Shown here in pieces: positions 1 through 64,000 of a stretch of DNA of 64,000 nucleotides. Within the stretch, counting starts at the first letter, position 1. Each line of letters opens with the position of its first letter. Made by a program: the position numbers and the translations under genes. The stretch covers positions 1-64,000 of the forward strand of contig MU063211.1 in assembly GCA_013265495.1 (NCBI GenBank), in the 5' to 3' direction. This stretch comes from Vicugna vicugna (taxonomy: Eukaryota). The notes beneath the pieces are model-generated. The model was given only the letters and a program-made list of their open reading frames with translations, was not told the origin of the DNA and searched no databases.

Positions 1-115
1 ATGGTTGGATGGCTGGCTAACTGGGTGAGCGGGTGGATGGACGGATGGATGGCTGGCTGGACAGGTGAACTGGTGGATGGTTGGATGAGTGTGTGGGTGG
101 ATGGATGGGTGGCTT
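1..115 (+). repeat. Degenerate (GGAT/GGCT/GGGT)n tetranucleotide tract, runs off the window start
   Basis: atggttggatggctggct..ggtggatggacggatggatggctggctgg..gggtggatggatgggtgg. Confidence 0.85.
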
Positions 116-251
116 GAGGGGCTTTTGGAAGCAGCAGCTCTCCCAGAGGAGGTCTGGCCCCAAGGACAAACTTTCAGGTGTCAGGCAGGTCTCCTGGGTC
201 CCCACGTGGGTCCCTTCCGTGCCGCCTGCTCAGGGCTCTCATCCTCTTTAG

Positions 252-63905
<63,654 letters not shown>

Positions 63906-64000
63906 GTGAGTACCCGCGAGAGGCCGCGGGCCCCGAGGCCGGGTGGCAGCCCCTCCCACTGGGGCGTCCCACTCGCGGGCAGCGCGCCAAAGCTTCCCGG

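Overview
Mammalian genomic DNA, very GC- and CpG-rich. It holds the middle of one large collagen gene, COL5A1 (pro-alpha1(V) chain), on the + strand. I located 46 consecutive exons (human numbering 5-50, positions 252-63905). All are phase 0 with AG/GT boundaries, and they splice to an open 3372-nt frame (1124 aa). That frame covers the end of the TSPN/PARP domain, the acidic Tyr-rich variable region, the short COL2 helix, NC2, and most of the major Gly-X-Y helix with no Gly substitution. Exons 1-4 and 51-66 lie outside the window. A tRNA-Ala-derived SINE at 51606-51724 resembles the camelid Vic-1 family, so the host is probably a camelid. Other intronic content: one MLT1 solo LTR, old L1M/L2/MIR remnants, degenerate microsatellites and a 52-bp tandem duplication. 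I found no evidence of a wholly new biological system. The best leads are an AT-rich, transcription-factor-motif-dense island in intron 32, a 12-nt tandem duplication in exon 7, an AT-to-GC decay bias in fossil repeats, and the 52-bp duplication next to the exon 40 acceptor. Comparisons to human COL5A1 and to repeat consensus sequences are from memory, not from a search.
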